The position numbers and the translations under genes are program-made. Source: an uncultured Thermoleophilia bacterium (GTDB lineage Bacteria > Actinomycetota > Thermoleophilia > Gaiellales > Gaiellaceae). Taken from it: a stretch of 64,000 bases of DNA. The stretch lies in assembly GCA_963820875.1 (NCBI GenBank), contig CAWGBR010000014.1, positions 164,255-228,254 on the forward strand, given 5' to 3'. The notes beneath the pieces are model-generated. The model saw nothing but the letters and a program-made list of their open reading frames with translations, was not told where the DNA came from and searched no databases. Below, in pieces: positions 1 through 9,184 of the stretch (its first letter is position 1; each line of letters begins with the position of its first letter).

Positions 1-666
1 TACGGCTCGAGCTTCGTCTACCGGATCGACGTCTCCCGGTTGCGCATCGACAGGGCGGTCCGGGTCGGCGCCGTGCCGAAGTTCCTCGCGGTGACGCCCG
101 ACGACCGCTACGTCCTCGTGGCCAACTGGTGCTCCTACGACCTCAGCGTCGCCAGCGTTCGCACCGGGCGCGTGGTCAAGCGCCTGCGGCTCGGCCCCTA
201 TCCGCGCGGCATCGCCGTCGGGCCGGCGGGCAAGCTCGCCTACGTCGCCCTCATGGGCACGACGACGATCGCGCGGGTCGACCTTCGCAGCTTCCGCGTC
301 AGCACGATCCGCAACGTCGGGGTCAGCCCCCGGCACCTCGTGATCGATCCGACCGGCCGATACCTCTACGCGACGCTGAACGCCGAGGATCGGGTCGTGA
401 AGATCGACCTCCGCCGCGGGCGGGTGATCGGGAGCGCGTCCACCGGAAGAACTCCGCGGAGCATGGCCATCGCGCCCGACGGCCGCTCGCTCTACGTCGT
501 CAACTACGAGGGCGCCACGCTCTCCAAGGTGCGCACGCGTGACATGCGGGTCGTCCAGACGGTGCCCACGGGCCCGCACCCCATCGGCGTCACCTACGAC
601 GCCGCCACGCGGCAGGTCTGGGTGGCCTGCTACTCGGGCAGCATCGTGGTCTTCAAGGACGCCTGA
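1..666 (+). CDS. YVTN/YncE-type beta-propeller repeat protein (5' end outside window)
   Basis: Frame-1 ORF is open from base 1; track ORF 40..666 is its tail. It has four ~45-aa units of the YVTN/lactonase-type propeller signature (PRGIAVGPAGKLAYVA, PRHLVIDPTGRYLYAT, PRSMAIAPDGRSLYVV, PHPIGVTYDAATRQVWVA). Confidence 0.8.
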   Translation, partial: YGSSFVYRIDVSRLRIDRAVRVGAVPKFLAVTPDDRYVLVANWCSYDLSVASVRTGRVVKRLRLGPYPRGIAVGPAGKLAYVALMGTTTIARVDLRSFRVSTIRNVGVSPRHLVIDPTGRYLYATLNAEDRVVKIDLRRGRVIGSASTGRTPRSMAIAPDGRSLYVVNYEGATLSKVRTRDMRVVQTVPTGPHPIGVTYDAATRQVWVACYSGSIVVFKDA

Positions 667-851
667 AAGGCGGCCTCAGACGCCACGCCGAGCGGGGGAA
701 GCGACCAGTCTCACGAGCGCGATATAGGCGATGTAGAGGCTGCGCACGGTGTGCCTTTCACTCGGTTTGCGGGCTCAGCATGGCACGGGGCCGATACCGC
801 TACCAGCGGGGAAGCCCCCGACCTGAGGTGCGGTTACCCGCTCCGGAGGCG

Positions 852-1296
852 CTAGCCTCCGAGACCCTTCTCGCGAAGCTCGCGCAGAGCCGATTCCTTC
901 TTCTCGAGCCCGTCGAGGCCCATGCCGTGCAGGATCGCCGGCGCCTTCGTGAACTGGACGTCTCCGTACTCGACGACCTGGATGCGGTTGCCCCACGGGT
1001 CGCGGAAGTCGAGCCCCCTTCCCGGCAGGATCTCGGCGCCGGCCTCCCGCAGCGCAGCGCGCACCGCCTCCTTCGAGTCGACGACCAGCCCGAGGTGGCG
1101 GTGGACGTCCGGCGCCTGGGACCGCCCCTCGGAGAGCGCGATGAACTGATCTCCGATGTCGATGAAGGCCATCCCGCGGCCGCGGCCGCGCAGCCGCAGG
1201 TCGAAGATGCCGGCCGTAGAAGGCAAGCGCTTCGTCGACGGAGCCCACCTCGAGGGCCACGTGATTCATGCCGACGAGCCGTGGACGCTCGGCCAT
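852..1296 (-). pseudogene. VOC/glyoxalase-family protein, one frame interruption
   Basis: N-terminus MAERPRLVGMNHVALEVGSVDEALAFYGR lies in the frame of ORF 775..1398. The rest, IFDLRLRG...MAFIDIGDQFIAL...DFRDPWGNRIQVVEY, lies in ORF 852..1226. The frames switch near 1208-1215. Confidence 0.75.
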
Positions 1297-1366
1297 GCCG
1301 CAAGGGTAGACGCACGCGGGCGCAGCCTGGAAGACTTCAGCCTCCAGCGACGAGGAGGGGCCCAGC

Positions 1367-1798
1367 GTGGCGAGGATTGAGCACACGGTGATCGTCAACC
1401 GGCCGGCCGAGGAGGTCTTCGACTACCTCGCCGACGTCCGCCATCTGCCCGAGTGGCAGGACGGCGTCGTGGAGGTCCGGTCGGACGGCGAGCCACGCGC
1501 GGGCTCCCGCTTCGTCGAGGTCCGGAGCTTCCTCGGCAAGCGCATCGAATCGACGATCGAGATCGTCGCGCACGAGCCGAGCACGCTTTTCACGATCAAG
1601 GTGATCCAGGGCCCGATCCCCTTCGAGGTCCGTCATACGATCGAGCCCGAGGGCGGCGGTACCCGCGTCCACGTCGTCGGAGAGGGCGAGCCCGGCGGCT
1701 TCTTCAAGCTCGCCGAGGGCCTTGTCACGCGCCAGGTGCAGAAGGCCGCCGAGAAGGACTTCGCAAAGCTGAAGCAGGTGCTCGAAGCGGCGTCGTAG
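1367..1798 (+). CDS. SRPBCC (START/polyketide-cyclase-like) family protein
   Basis: Intact 143-aa ORF. IEHTVIVNRPAEEVFDYLADVRHLPEWQ is the typical N-terminus of this fold family. Confidence 0.8.
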   Translation: MARIEHTVIVNRPAEEVFDYLADVRHLPEWQDGVVEVRSDGEPRAGSRFVEVRSFLGKRIESTIEIVAHEPSTLFTIKVIQGPIPFEVRHTIEPEGGGTRVHVVGEGEPGGFFKLAEGLVTRQVQKAAEKDFAKLKQVLEAAS

Positions 1799-1882
1799 GC
1801 ACGAGCCGCGCCGGCGGCGGGAACGGCCGCCCATGCCTCGTAGGAGTGATGTCTCCCGGAGGCACGTCGGTCGATCTAGCTG

Positions 1883-2824
1883 GTGATGGGAGGCCGCCTC
1901 AAGCTGCTCATCGGATTTGCCGCTGTCGCGACCGGTGTCCTCGTCGCCGGCCTCGCAGGGGTGTTCGGCGGCGACGACGAGCCGCCCCAGCTCGTCCTGC
2001 CCCAGCCTGTGCCGAAAGGAAGCTACGAGCTCGCGTCCGCCCTCGAGAGCCTCGAGGGGACATCGGGGGCGCGCGTCACGGCCGTCATGACGGTCGTCGA
2101 CCCGCAGCTCGGGCGGAAGCCGATTCGCCTGCGGGGTCGCGGCATCTTCAATTGCGAGGGCGACGTCCGGTTGAGCATCAGCTACCTTCCGGTGCTGACG
2201 CGCGCCGAGCCCGGCCTCAGCCTCGAGCAGCTCGGCCTCGTGAAGCAGGACCTCCTCGGCGAGGTCGTCAGCGTCGAGGACGATCTCTACTTCCGCCTGC
2301 CGGCGCTGCAGAAGCTCTACCCGACCGCGAAGCCCTGGATCCATGCGACCGGAGACCCGGCGAGCGCGGGGTCGATGGGGCTCCTCACGCGGGGAGACCT
2401 CGACTGCGACGACTTCCTCCCGTACCTCGAGTACGGCCTCCCCGAGCGTGGAAGCGACGACACCGCGATCACCGAGCTCGGGGATGCAACGGTCCGCGGC
2501 CGTGCGACGACGCACTACGTGCTGAGCCTGTCGCCGGCCGAGGTTGCAGCAGCGTTCAGCGTCACGCTCGAGGATCTCGACCGGGCACTGCGCCTGCTCG
2601 GCGGCGACGCCTTCGACATCGACTTCTGGATCGACGAGAAGGGCCTGATCCGGCGCGTCTCCTACCAGGACGTCTGGCCGGGCGAGAAGGGCGAGGCCCC
2701 TACCGAGGGGCGCTTCACGCTCGAGCTCTCCGACTACGGGGTCGAGCTCGATGCTGCCGCCCCGGCTCGACCGAAGACGATGGAGGAGCCCGCGTTCGAC
2801 CGGCTCGTCGCGCAGGCCGCCTGA
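1883..2824 (+). CDS. hypothetical membrane-anchored/secreted protein
   Basis: Intact 313-aa ORF with GC3-rich codons and an N-terminal hydrophobic anchor LKLLIGFAAVATGVLVAGLAGVF. No family recognised. Confidence 0.7.
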   Translation: MMGGRLKLLIGFAAVATGVLVAGLAGVFGGDDEPPQLVLPQPVPKGSYELASALESLEGTSGARVTAVMTVVDPQLGRKPIRLRGRGIFNCEGDVRLSISYLPVLTRAEPGLSLEQLGLVKQDLLGEVVSVEDDLYFRLPALQKLYPTAKPWIHATGDPASAGSMGLLTRGDLDCDDFLPYLEYGLPERGSDDTAITELGDATVRGRATTHYVLSLSPAEVAAAFSVTLEDLDRALRLLGGDAFDIDFWIDEKGLIRRVSYQDVWPGEKGEAPTEGRFTLELSDYGVELDAAAPARPKTMEEPAFDRLVAQAA

Positions 2825-2870
2825 GCGCCCGGCTGCGGGCGGCTCGTCGCCTCGCGTTTACGAGCGTAGG

Positions 2871-2894
2871 CCTTCGGGTAACTCTTCCCGAAGG
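2871..2894 (+). terminator. stem-loop, possible intrinsic terminator without U-tract
   Basis: Perfect 8-bp stem CCTTCGGG/CCCGAAGG with an 8-nt loop, 47 nt after the stop of the 1883..2824 gene. Confidence 0.3.
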
Positions 2895-2963
2895 ACCAGA
2901 GACGCCGTCTTGGAGCGGCTTTCTCGACTTCCCAACGCCCTCAAACGATCGAAGGAGGAGCGA

Positions 2964-3359
2964 ATGGCCGACTACACGGTCGTCAACCTGAAGGACGACG
3001 TCAAGGACATGGCTCCCGACTTCGGGCTCTCGCCGGGCCTCGAATCGCGCTTCGCACGCAGGCCCCTCGATTCCGAGCAGTCGGGCCTCAGCTACTACAA
3101 GATCGCCCCCGGCTTTCGAACGCCGTTCGGGCACAAGCACTCCGAGCAGGAGGAGCACTATCTCGTCATCAGCGGCAGTGCCCGGGTAAAGCTCGACGAC
3201 GACATCGTGGACATGCGCACCTGGGATGTCGTGCGGATTCCGCGCGATACGATGCGGGCGCTCGAGGGAGGGCCCGAGGGCGCCGAGGTGCTCGCGTTCG
3301 GCGCGCCCGACACCGACAACAAGGACGTCGAGATGGTGCAAGGCTGGTGGAGCGACTGA
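2964..3359 (+). CDS. cupin domain protein
   Basis: ATG 2964 is preceded by GAAGGAGGA; 131 aa. GHKHSEQEEHYLVISGSARVKL...WDVVRIP fits the two-motif cupin barrel. The track ORF 2751..3359 extends upstream with non-protein-like sequence. Confidence 0.8.
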   Translation: MADYTVVNLKDDVKDMAPDFGLSPGLESRFARRPLDSEQSGLSYYKIAPGFRTPFGHKHSEQEEHYLVISGSARVKLDDDIVDMRTWDVVRIPRDTMRALEGGPEGAEVLAFGAPDTDNKDVEMVQGWWSD

Positions 3360-3381
3360 GCGCTCGGGCGCACTGAACGCG

Positions 3382-4308
3382 GTGCCACAGAGCTCCGGCC
3401 GCGGCGCGGGCCCCGCGATCGTGGCCGACGGCCTCGGGAAGCGCTACGGCGACCTCGTCGCCGTCGAGGACGTGTCGTTCACCGTCGAGGCGGGCGAGAT
3501 CTTCGCCATCCTCGGACCGAACGGCGCCGGCAAGACGACCACGCTCGAGATCGTGGAAGGGCTGCGCCGGCCCGACACGGGACACGCGGTCGTCCTCGGC
3601 ATCCCGTCCTGGCCGCGGAACCTCAGCCTGCTGCCGCGCATCGGCGTCCAGCTGCAGACGAGCGCGTTCTTCGAGCGCCTGACGGCGCGGGAGCAGCTGC
3701 GGGTGTTCGTCGCCATCTACGGCGCCCCGCCGAGCCGTGTCGACGCCGCGCTCGCCCTCGTCGGCCTCGAGGATCGGGCCGACGCGCAGGTCGAGAAGCT
3801 CTCGGGCGGCCAGGCTCAGCGACTTGCGCTCGCGTGCGCGCTGGCGCACGATCCCGAGGTCGTCTTCCTCGACGAGCCCACTGCGGGTCTCGACCCGCAG
3901 GCGCGGCGCAACCTCTGGGACGTCATCGAGGGGATCCGTGCCGAGGGCAGGACCGTCGTCATGACGACGCACTACCTCGAGGAGGCCGAGGAGCTCTGCG
4001 ACCGGGTCGCGATCCTCGATCACGGCCGGGTGCTGGCGCTCGGCACTCCGCTCGAGCTCGTCCGCTCGCTCGACGCCCCGGTGCTCGTGAGCCTGCCCGT
4101 CGGCAAGATCGAGGAACGGCAGGCCGTGACGCTGCCCGGGGTCGCCAACGTGCGCGCCGACGGCGACCTCCTCGTGCTCGAGACGAGCACGCCGAACGAG
4201 ACGCTCGGCGCGCTCGCCGGCCTGCAGGCGCTCGACGGCGCCGAGGTGCGGGGCGCAACCCTGGAGGACGTCTTCTTCGCACTCACCGGACGCGAGTACC
4301 GAGCATGA
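3382..4308 (+). CDS. ABC transporter ATP-binding protein (ABC-2/drug-exporter type)
   Basis: Walker A GPNGAGKTT, signature LSGGQAQR, Walker B VVFLDEPTAGLD and H-loop TTHY. Start is placed at the in-frame GTG 3382 just after the cupin stop and is uncertain. Confidence 0.9.
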   Translation: MPQSSGRGAGPAIVADGLGKRYGDLVAVEDVSFTVEAGEIFAILGPNGAGKTTTLEIVEGLRRPDTGHAVVLGIPSWPRNLSLLPRIGVQLQTSAFFERLTAREQLRVFVAIYGAPPSRVDAALALVGLEDRADAQVEKLSGGQAQRLALACALAHDPEVVFLDEPTAGLDPQARRNLWDVIEGIRAEGRTVVMTTHYLEEAEELCDRVAILDHGRVLALGTPLELVRSLDAPVLVSLPVGKIEERQAVTLPGVANVRADGDLLVLETSTPNETLGALAGLQALDGAEVRGATLEDVFFALTGREYRA

Positions 4309-5354
4309 GGTGGGGCCGGATCGGCGAGCTCGTCCGCGCCCTCTCGCTCGGCTACGTCCGCGACCGCACCGCGCTCTTCTTCTCGCTGCTCTTCCCGCTC
4401 ATCTTCCTGATCGTGCTCGGCGGGATCTTCGGAAACGACAGCCAGACCCCGAGAGTCGATGTCTTCGTTGCGGGCGACGGCCCGCTCATCTCGAGGCTGC
4501 CGACGGAAAGCCTGGACATCGAGCGTGTCCCGAGCGTGGAGGACGGAATCGAGCGTGTGCGCGACGGTGACCGGCCGGCGCTCGTCTACGAGCGGGGCGA
4601 CACGCTCGTCGTCCGCTACGCCGCGTCCGACCAGGTCGGCGGCGCCACGGTGCAGGGGATCGTGGAGGGGCTCGTGAACCAGGCCAACCTCGAGGCCGCC
4701 GGGTCCCAGCCTCGGTACGCGCTCGAGGCATCCCGCGTGGAGGACGAGTCGCTGTCCCCGATCGAGTTCTTCACGCCGAGCCTGCTCGCGTACGCGATCT
4801 CGCTCGGCGCCGTGTTCGGCGCCGCGCTCACGCTCGTGACGTGGCGGGAGAAGGGGCTGCTGCGGAGGTTGCGGCTCGCGCCGCTGCGTGCGTCCGAGAT
4901 CGCGACCGGCCGCGTCACGGTCAGCCTCGGCATTGCCTTCCTGCAGCTGCTGCTCTTCCTCGGCGCAGGCGTCCTGTTCTTCGACCTGACACTCGACGCG
5001 AGCTGGTGGATGGCGTTCCCGCTGATCCTCGTGGGCACGCTGGCGTTCCTCGCAATCGGGCTCATCACGGGGGCGGTGGCGAAGACGGCGGAGGGCGCAA
5101 GCGCGGTCGCGAATCTCATCACCCTGCCGATGGCCTTCCTGTCAGGCGCGTTCTTCCCGATCGACCTGGCACCGGGCTGGGTGCAGGCGCTCTCGAAGGC
5201 GCTCCCGCTCACCTACCTCGTCGAGGGCCTTCAGGATGCCATGGTGCGCGGCCTCGGCGCCGCGGCCGCGCTGCCGGAGCTCGCCGTCCTGGCGGGATTC
5301 GCGGTCGTTCTCGGCGCGATAGGAATCCGGCTCTTCCGCTGGGAAACGGTCTGA
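4305..5354 (+). CDS. ABC-2 type transporter permease
   Basis: ATG 4305 overlaps the ATPase stop (ATGA); 349 aa. One N-terminal TM segment, a large loop, then a C-terminal bundle of hydrophobic spans. Confidence 0.85.
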   Translation: MRWGRIGELVRALSLGYVRDRTALFFSLLFPLIFLIVLGGIFGNDSQTPRVDVFVAGDGPLISRLPTESLDIERVPSVEDGIERVRDGDRPALVYERGDTLVVRYAASDQVGGATVQGIVEGLVNQANLEAAGSQPRYALEASRVEDESLSPIEFFTPSLLAYAISLGAVFGAALTLVTWREKGLLRRLRLAPLRASEIATGRVTVSLGIAFLQLLLFLGAGVLFFDLTLDASWWMAFPLILVGTLAFLAIGLITGAVAKTAEGASAVANLITLPMAFLSGAFFPIDLAPGWVQALSKALPLTYLVEGLQDAMVRGLGAAAALPELAVLAGFAVVLGAIGIRLFRWETV

Positions 5355-5371
5355 GCGTCCCCGTCGGCCTC

Positions 5372-5986
5372 CTAGCCACCGCTGTAGACGCCGCAGAGCG
5401 CGATCACCCGCAGGCCCCACCCCTCCTCGACCGGGCGGATCTCTATCGCCTCTGCGTTCCAACCGTTACCGGAGTTCGACGTGCTCGCCGTGAGGGCGAT
5501 CGGGAGCTTCGTCCCGCTCTCGGTGACGATCGCCGCGCCGCCGGAGACGACGTCGGTGCCGTCCGGGCACGTCGCGGTCACCGGGCCCTTCCGGTCGCTC
5601 GTATTCAGGCTGCTCGTCTGCTGCACCGCCTCGATGTCGACGATGAAGCTCGAGGAGCCGTTGAGCGTGGCCGCATTCACGTCCTCGAGCGTCGACTCGT
5701 CGATGTCGGCGCCGGTGAGCGAGTCGTCGGTCACCTTCTCGCCGGTGACCGAGTCCGCCGCGAGCTTCGGCTCCCCGATCGCCCCGTTCTCGACCTTTGC
5801 CGCCTTCACCGCCGCGTCGGCCAGCTTCCGAGTCGTCACCGCTCCGTCGGCCAGGTTCGACGTCTCGACCGCCCCGTTGGCGATCTGATCCGACGTGACC
5901 GGTCCGGTCTCCTCGTCGCCGCCGCACCCGGCGGCAAGCACGATTGCGGTGACAATCGCAATTCCGAGAGCGATGCGTCCTTTCAT
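5372..5986 (-). CDS. lipoprotein with decapeptide repeats
   Basis: ATG 5986 is preceded by GGAGGAG. Signal peptide plus lipobox (IVLAAG|C). Seven consecutive ~10-aa repeats follow (IANGAVETSN, LADGAVTTRK, LADAAVKAAK, VENGAIGEPK, LAADSVTGEK, VTDDSLTGAD, IDESTLEDVN). Confidence 0.8.
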   Translation of the reverse strand: MKGRIALGIAIVTAIVLAAGCGGDEETGPVTSDQIANGAVETSNLADGAVTTRKLADAAVKAAKVENGAIGEPKLAADSVTGEKVTDDSLTGADIDESTLEDVNAATLNGSSSFIVDIEAVQQTSSLNTSDRKGPVTATCPDGTDVVSGGAAIVTESGTKLPIALTASTSNSGNGWNAEAIEIRPVEEGWGLRVIALCGVYSGG

Positions 5987-6107
5987 TGGGCCCTCCTCCC
6001 CGGCCCATCGTTCGATGGGCTCGTCGTCGTCGATCCGGATTCTGATCGCGAAGCAGGACGAGGCTCGCGCCGTTTCAACAGGCGTGGCCGAGGGGAACAC
6101 GAGTCCT

Positions 6108-6641
6108 GTGGGCAAGCTGATCGGTCAGGTCACGACGACGCTCGACGGCGTGATCACCGTCGCCGAGTGGTACGTCTCGGAAGGAGGGCACGACGGCGCC
6201 GGCCGCGAGCAGTTTCAGGAGCCGGCGGCGATGCTGCTCGGGCGCAAGACGTACGAGGGCCTGGCCGCGTACTGGTCGCCGCTCGACGGACCGTGGGCGG
6301 ACACCATCAATCCGATGCCGAAGTTCGTCGCCTCGCGGACGCTCGAGGAGCCCCTGGACTGGAATGCGCAGCTGATCGAGGGAGACGCAGTGGAGGGCGT
6401 GTCGAAGCTGAAGGAGGAGCTCGACGGCGACCTCATCCTGATCGGCTGCGGCGACCTGGCGCGGCACCTCCTGGCCAACGACCTCGTTGACGAGCTCCGG
6501 TTCTGGGTCCACCCCGCCGTGTGGGGAGAGGGCGAGCGTCCGTTCCAGGGCGAGCTGAAGCTGCAGCTCGATCTCCTCGACTCCACGACGTTCGACTCGG
6601 GCGTCGTTCTCCAGCGCTACCGGCCGACCGCCGGGGGCTAG
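6108..6641 (+). CDS. dihydrofolate reductase family protein (RibD C-terminal-like)
   Basis: In-frame GTG 6108 with AGGGGA upstream. LLGRKTYEGLAAYW, KFVASRTL and DLILIGCGDLARHLLANDLVDELRFWVHPAVWGEG match the family. Confidence 0.8.
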   Translation: MGKLIGQVTTTLDGVITVAEWYVSEGGHDGAGREQFQEPAAMLLGRKTYEGLAAYWSPLDGPWADTINPMPKFVASRTLEEPLDWNAQLIEGDAVEGVSKLKEELDGDLILIGCGDLARHLLANDLVDELRFWVHPAVWGEGERPFQGELKLQLDLLDSTTFDSGVVLQRYRPTAGG

Positions 6642-7381
6642 CGGGCCGTGTAGCCGCCGTCGACGGGCAGCGCCACGCCCGTCACGAACGACGCCTCGTC
6701 CGAGGCGAGGTAGACGGCGGCCGTGGCGATCTCGTCCGGATCGGCGACCCGGCCCATGGGCTGCTTCGCGAGCTCGTGGGCGACGTCCGCCGAAGTCATG
6801 CCGACGAGCATCGCCGTGTCCACCGGCCCCGGATGGATCGAGTTCGCCCGGATTCCGTGCTTCGCATAGGTGACGGCGGCGTTCTTGGTCAACAGCGCGA
6901 CACCGCCCTTGCTGGCGTGGTAGGCGGCCGCCGACTCGGCCGCGACCAGCCCCCAGGTCGACGAGATGTTGACGATCGTGCCCCCACCGGCGGCGATCAT
7001 CCCCGGGATCACCGCCCGCATGCCCAGGAAGACCGACGTCAGGTTTGCGTCGATCACCTCCCGCCAGCCGTCGAGCGTCTCGTCGACGAGCGGCTCGTAG
7101 CGGTTGATGCCGGCGTTGTTGACGAGCACGCCGGGAGCACCGAGCGCCGTCTCGCACGTCGTCACGATCCTGTTCCAGGCGTTCTCGTCCGTGACGTCCG
7201 CCTCGACAAAGTCGCAACTGTGCCCGGCCGAACGCAGCGATCCGGCCGTCTTCGCCCCCTCCTCGGCGAGCCGGTCGACGATCAGCACGCCGGCTCCCTC
7301 GTCGCAGAAACGGGTCGCGATCGCCGCGCCGATCCCCCGGGCGGCGCCCGTGACGATCGCGTTCTTGCCGGCGAGGCGCAT
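6638..7381 (-). CDS. SDR family oxidoreductase
   Basis: ATG 7381; 247 aa. TGAARGIG Rossmann motif, NNAG, and catalytic YHASKGG. Confidence 0.9.
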   Translation of the reverse strand: MRLAGKNAIVTGAARGIGAAIATRFCDEGAGVLIVDRLAEEGAKTAGSLRSAGHSCDFVEADVTDENAWNRIVTTCETALGAPGVLVNNAGINRYEPLVDETLDGWREVIDANLTSVFLGMRAVIPGMIAAGGGTIVNISSTWGLVAAESAAAYHASKGGVALLTKNAAVTYAKHGIRANSIHPGPVDTAMLVGMTSADVAHELAKQPMGRVADPDEIATAAVYLASDEASFVTGVALPVDGGYTAR

Positions 7382-7611
7382 GGGCCGCGAGCTTACCGGT
7401 GTGGGTCGGTGCCGTCCGGATCGCCCGGCTAGACTCAGCCGTCGCTCCTCAACGGCGGCTGTCGGAACGAGGGTGGGCCCGCTCGGCATTCCGGCCCCGA
7501 GCGGCCCGCCCGGCTCCGTCCGGAGCCGGGCGTACATTCCCCGCTCCGAACAGCCGACGACCGCACGGCCGGAAACCTGGGCGGCGTCACGAGCGAGAGA
7601 GGACGCGAGGA

Positions 7612-7863
7612 ATGTCGTACTGTCTGGTTGTCAAGACCGAGGCCCGCGACGAGTTCAGAGCAACGCTCGGCGACGACGAGACCGACGCGAAGCAGCGGCT
7701 CGAGACTGCGCTCGCTCAGGTCAAGTCGGCCTGTGCTGCCGGCGACTGGGTGAACATCGAAGGCCAGATCGCCGTGCATGCCACGGACGTCCGATCGATC
7801 AGCCTGAAACAGCTCGCGGCGCCGCGGGGCGGGAGCGCACCGGACGGCGGCGGCCGCTTCTGA
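7612..7863 (+). CDS. hypothetical protein (83 aa)
   Basis: ATG 7612 follows a purine-rich stretch (GAGAGAGGACGCGAGGA). Codons are mostly GC3. No homology recognised. Confidence 0.4.
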   Translation: MSYCLVVKTEARDEFRATLGDDETDAKQRLETALAQVKSACAAGDWVNIEGQIAVHATDVRSISLKQLAAPRGGSAPDGGGRF

Positions 7864-8024
7864 CCTGACGCGCTCGTTCTGCCGGCGCCGAACCCCCACG
7901 GCGCGTCGCTGCCCGAGACGGCAAGCCCCGCACATTGACGTAATCACGGATCGACGTACGCTGTGACCAGCGGCGTCGCGCGCTCCGGCCGCGCGCGAAT
8001 GCACGGCGCCTGGCCAGGGGGGGC

Positions 8025-9167
8025 ATGACACGTGAATTCCGAGGCGGGACCGCGTTCGGGATATCAGGCCCGAGCTCGACGGGGTGCGCGCCGTCGCGAT
8101 CCTGCTCGTCGTCGCGTTTCATGCCTACGGTTCGGCCCGAAAGCGGGTTCCTCGGAGTCGACATCTTCTTCGTCCTCAGCGGGTTCCTGATCACGGCCCT
8201 GCTCGTGCAGGAGCAGGACCTGACCGGAGCCATCTCGCTCCCCCACTTCTACCTTCGCCGTGCGCTCAGGCTCCTGCCGGCGCTTGTCGTCGCCGTCCTC
8301 GGCTACCTCGTGATCACGACGGCGGACTTTGCGGTCGGCGACACCACGTGGCCGCAGCTTGCCGACGCGCTCGAGGGCTCCGGCTACGGCCTCGCGTACG
8401 TCTCCAACATCGTTCAGGCCGCGGGAGTAGAGGTGCCGGGCGACATCGGCCACCTCTGGTCACTTGCGACCGAGGAGCAGTTCTACCTGATCTGGCCCTT
8501 TGCGCTCGTCCTGCTGTTCCGCTCGGGGGCGAGCAGACGGACGGTCTCCATCGTTCTCGGCGCCGCCATCGCGGCGCTCTTCGCGCACCGTCTTCAGCTC
8601 ACGCTCTCGGGTGCGTCGAGGCATCGCATGTACTTCGCGCCGGACGGCCACTTCGACGTGATTCTCGTCGGCTGCCTGGCTGGACTGTGGTTCGCCGGCG
8701 GGAGCGTGCCGGCGATCATCAGGTTGCCGAAGTACCGTCGCTTTGTCGCCCCGGCCGCCCTCGCCGTGGCCGTCACGACGCTCGTGCTGATCGAGTTCCG
8801 GACGAAGGCGCTCTACCTCGGCCTGTTCACGCTGTTCGCCGCGTCCGTCGCGGTTCTGCTCCTCACCATGGTCATGAGCGAGAACTCGCGCCTGGCCCGA
8901 CTGCTGGCTCTCCGCCCGATGGTCTTCATCGGGAAGATCTCCTACGCCTTCTACCTCTGGCACGCGGTCTTCATCTTCGGAGTCTGGGCGATGCCTGACA
9001 CAGTCGCGGTCGCGCTTGCCTTCGCCGCCGCGACACTGTCGTACTACATCGTCGAGCGTCCGTTTCTCCGCTTGAAATGGCGCGACCGCGCCAAGGTCGA
9101 GTCGCGCCGGAGCCGACCCGCAGCCATGCCGTCGCCCGAACCAGCCGAAGAGCCTGCACGGGTCTGA
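8025..9167 (+). pseudogene. acyltransferase family 3 (OafA-like) membrane protein, frame interrupted
   Basis: RPELDGVRAVAILLVVAFHA is in the frame of ORF 8084... The rest (GFLGVDIFFVLSGFLIT... and a multi-span body) is in ORF 8025..9167. Frame changes are needed near 8033 and 8125-8140. Confidence 0.8.
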
Positions 9168-9184
9168 GGGCTCCGCGCGCTCGC

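Noticed and set aside
1337-2515. 392-aa ORF on the - strand
   Set aside because: It runs antisense across the SRPBCC gene and the 1883..2824 gene. It shows no motifs and has Arg/Ala/Leu/Glu-rich shadow composition.
4305-4308. 4-nt ATGA/GTGA start-stop overlaps as something unusual (also at 12539, 33441, 34045, 42896, 44599, 48728, 57318, 58140)
   Set aside because: This is ordinary translational coupling in compact GC-rich operons. It was used only as supporting evidence for start sites.
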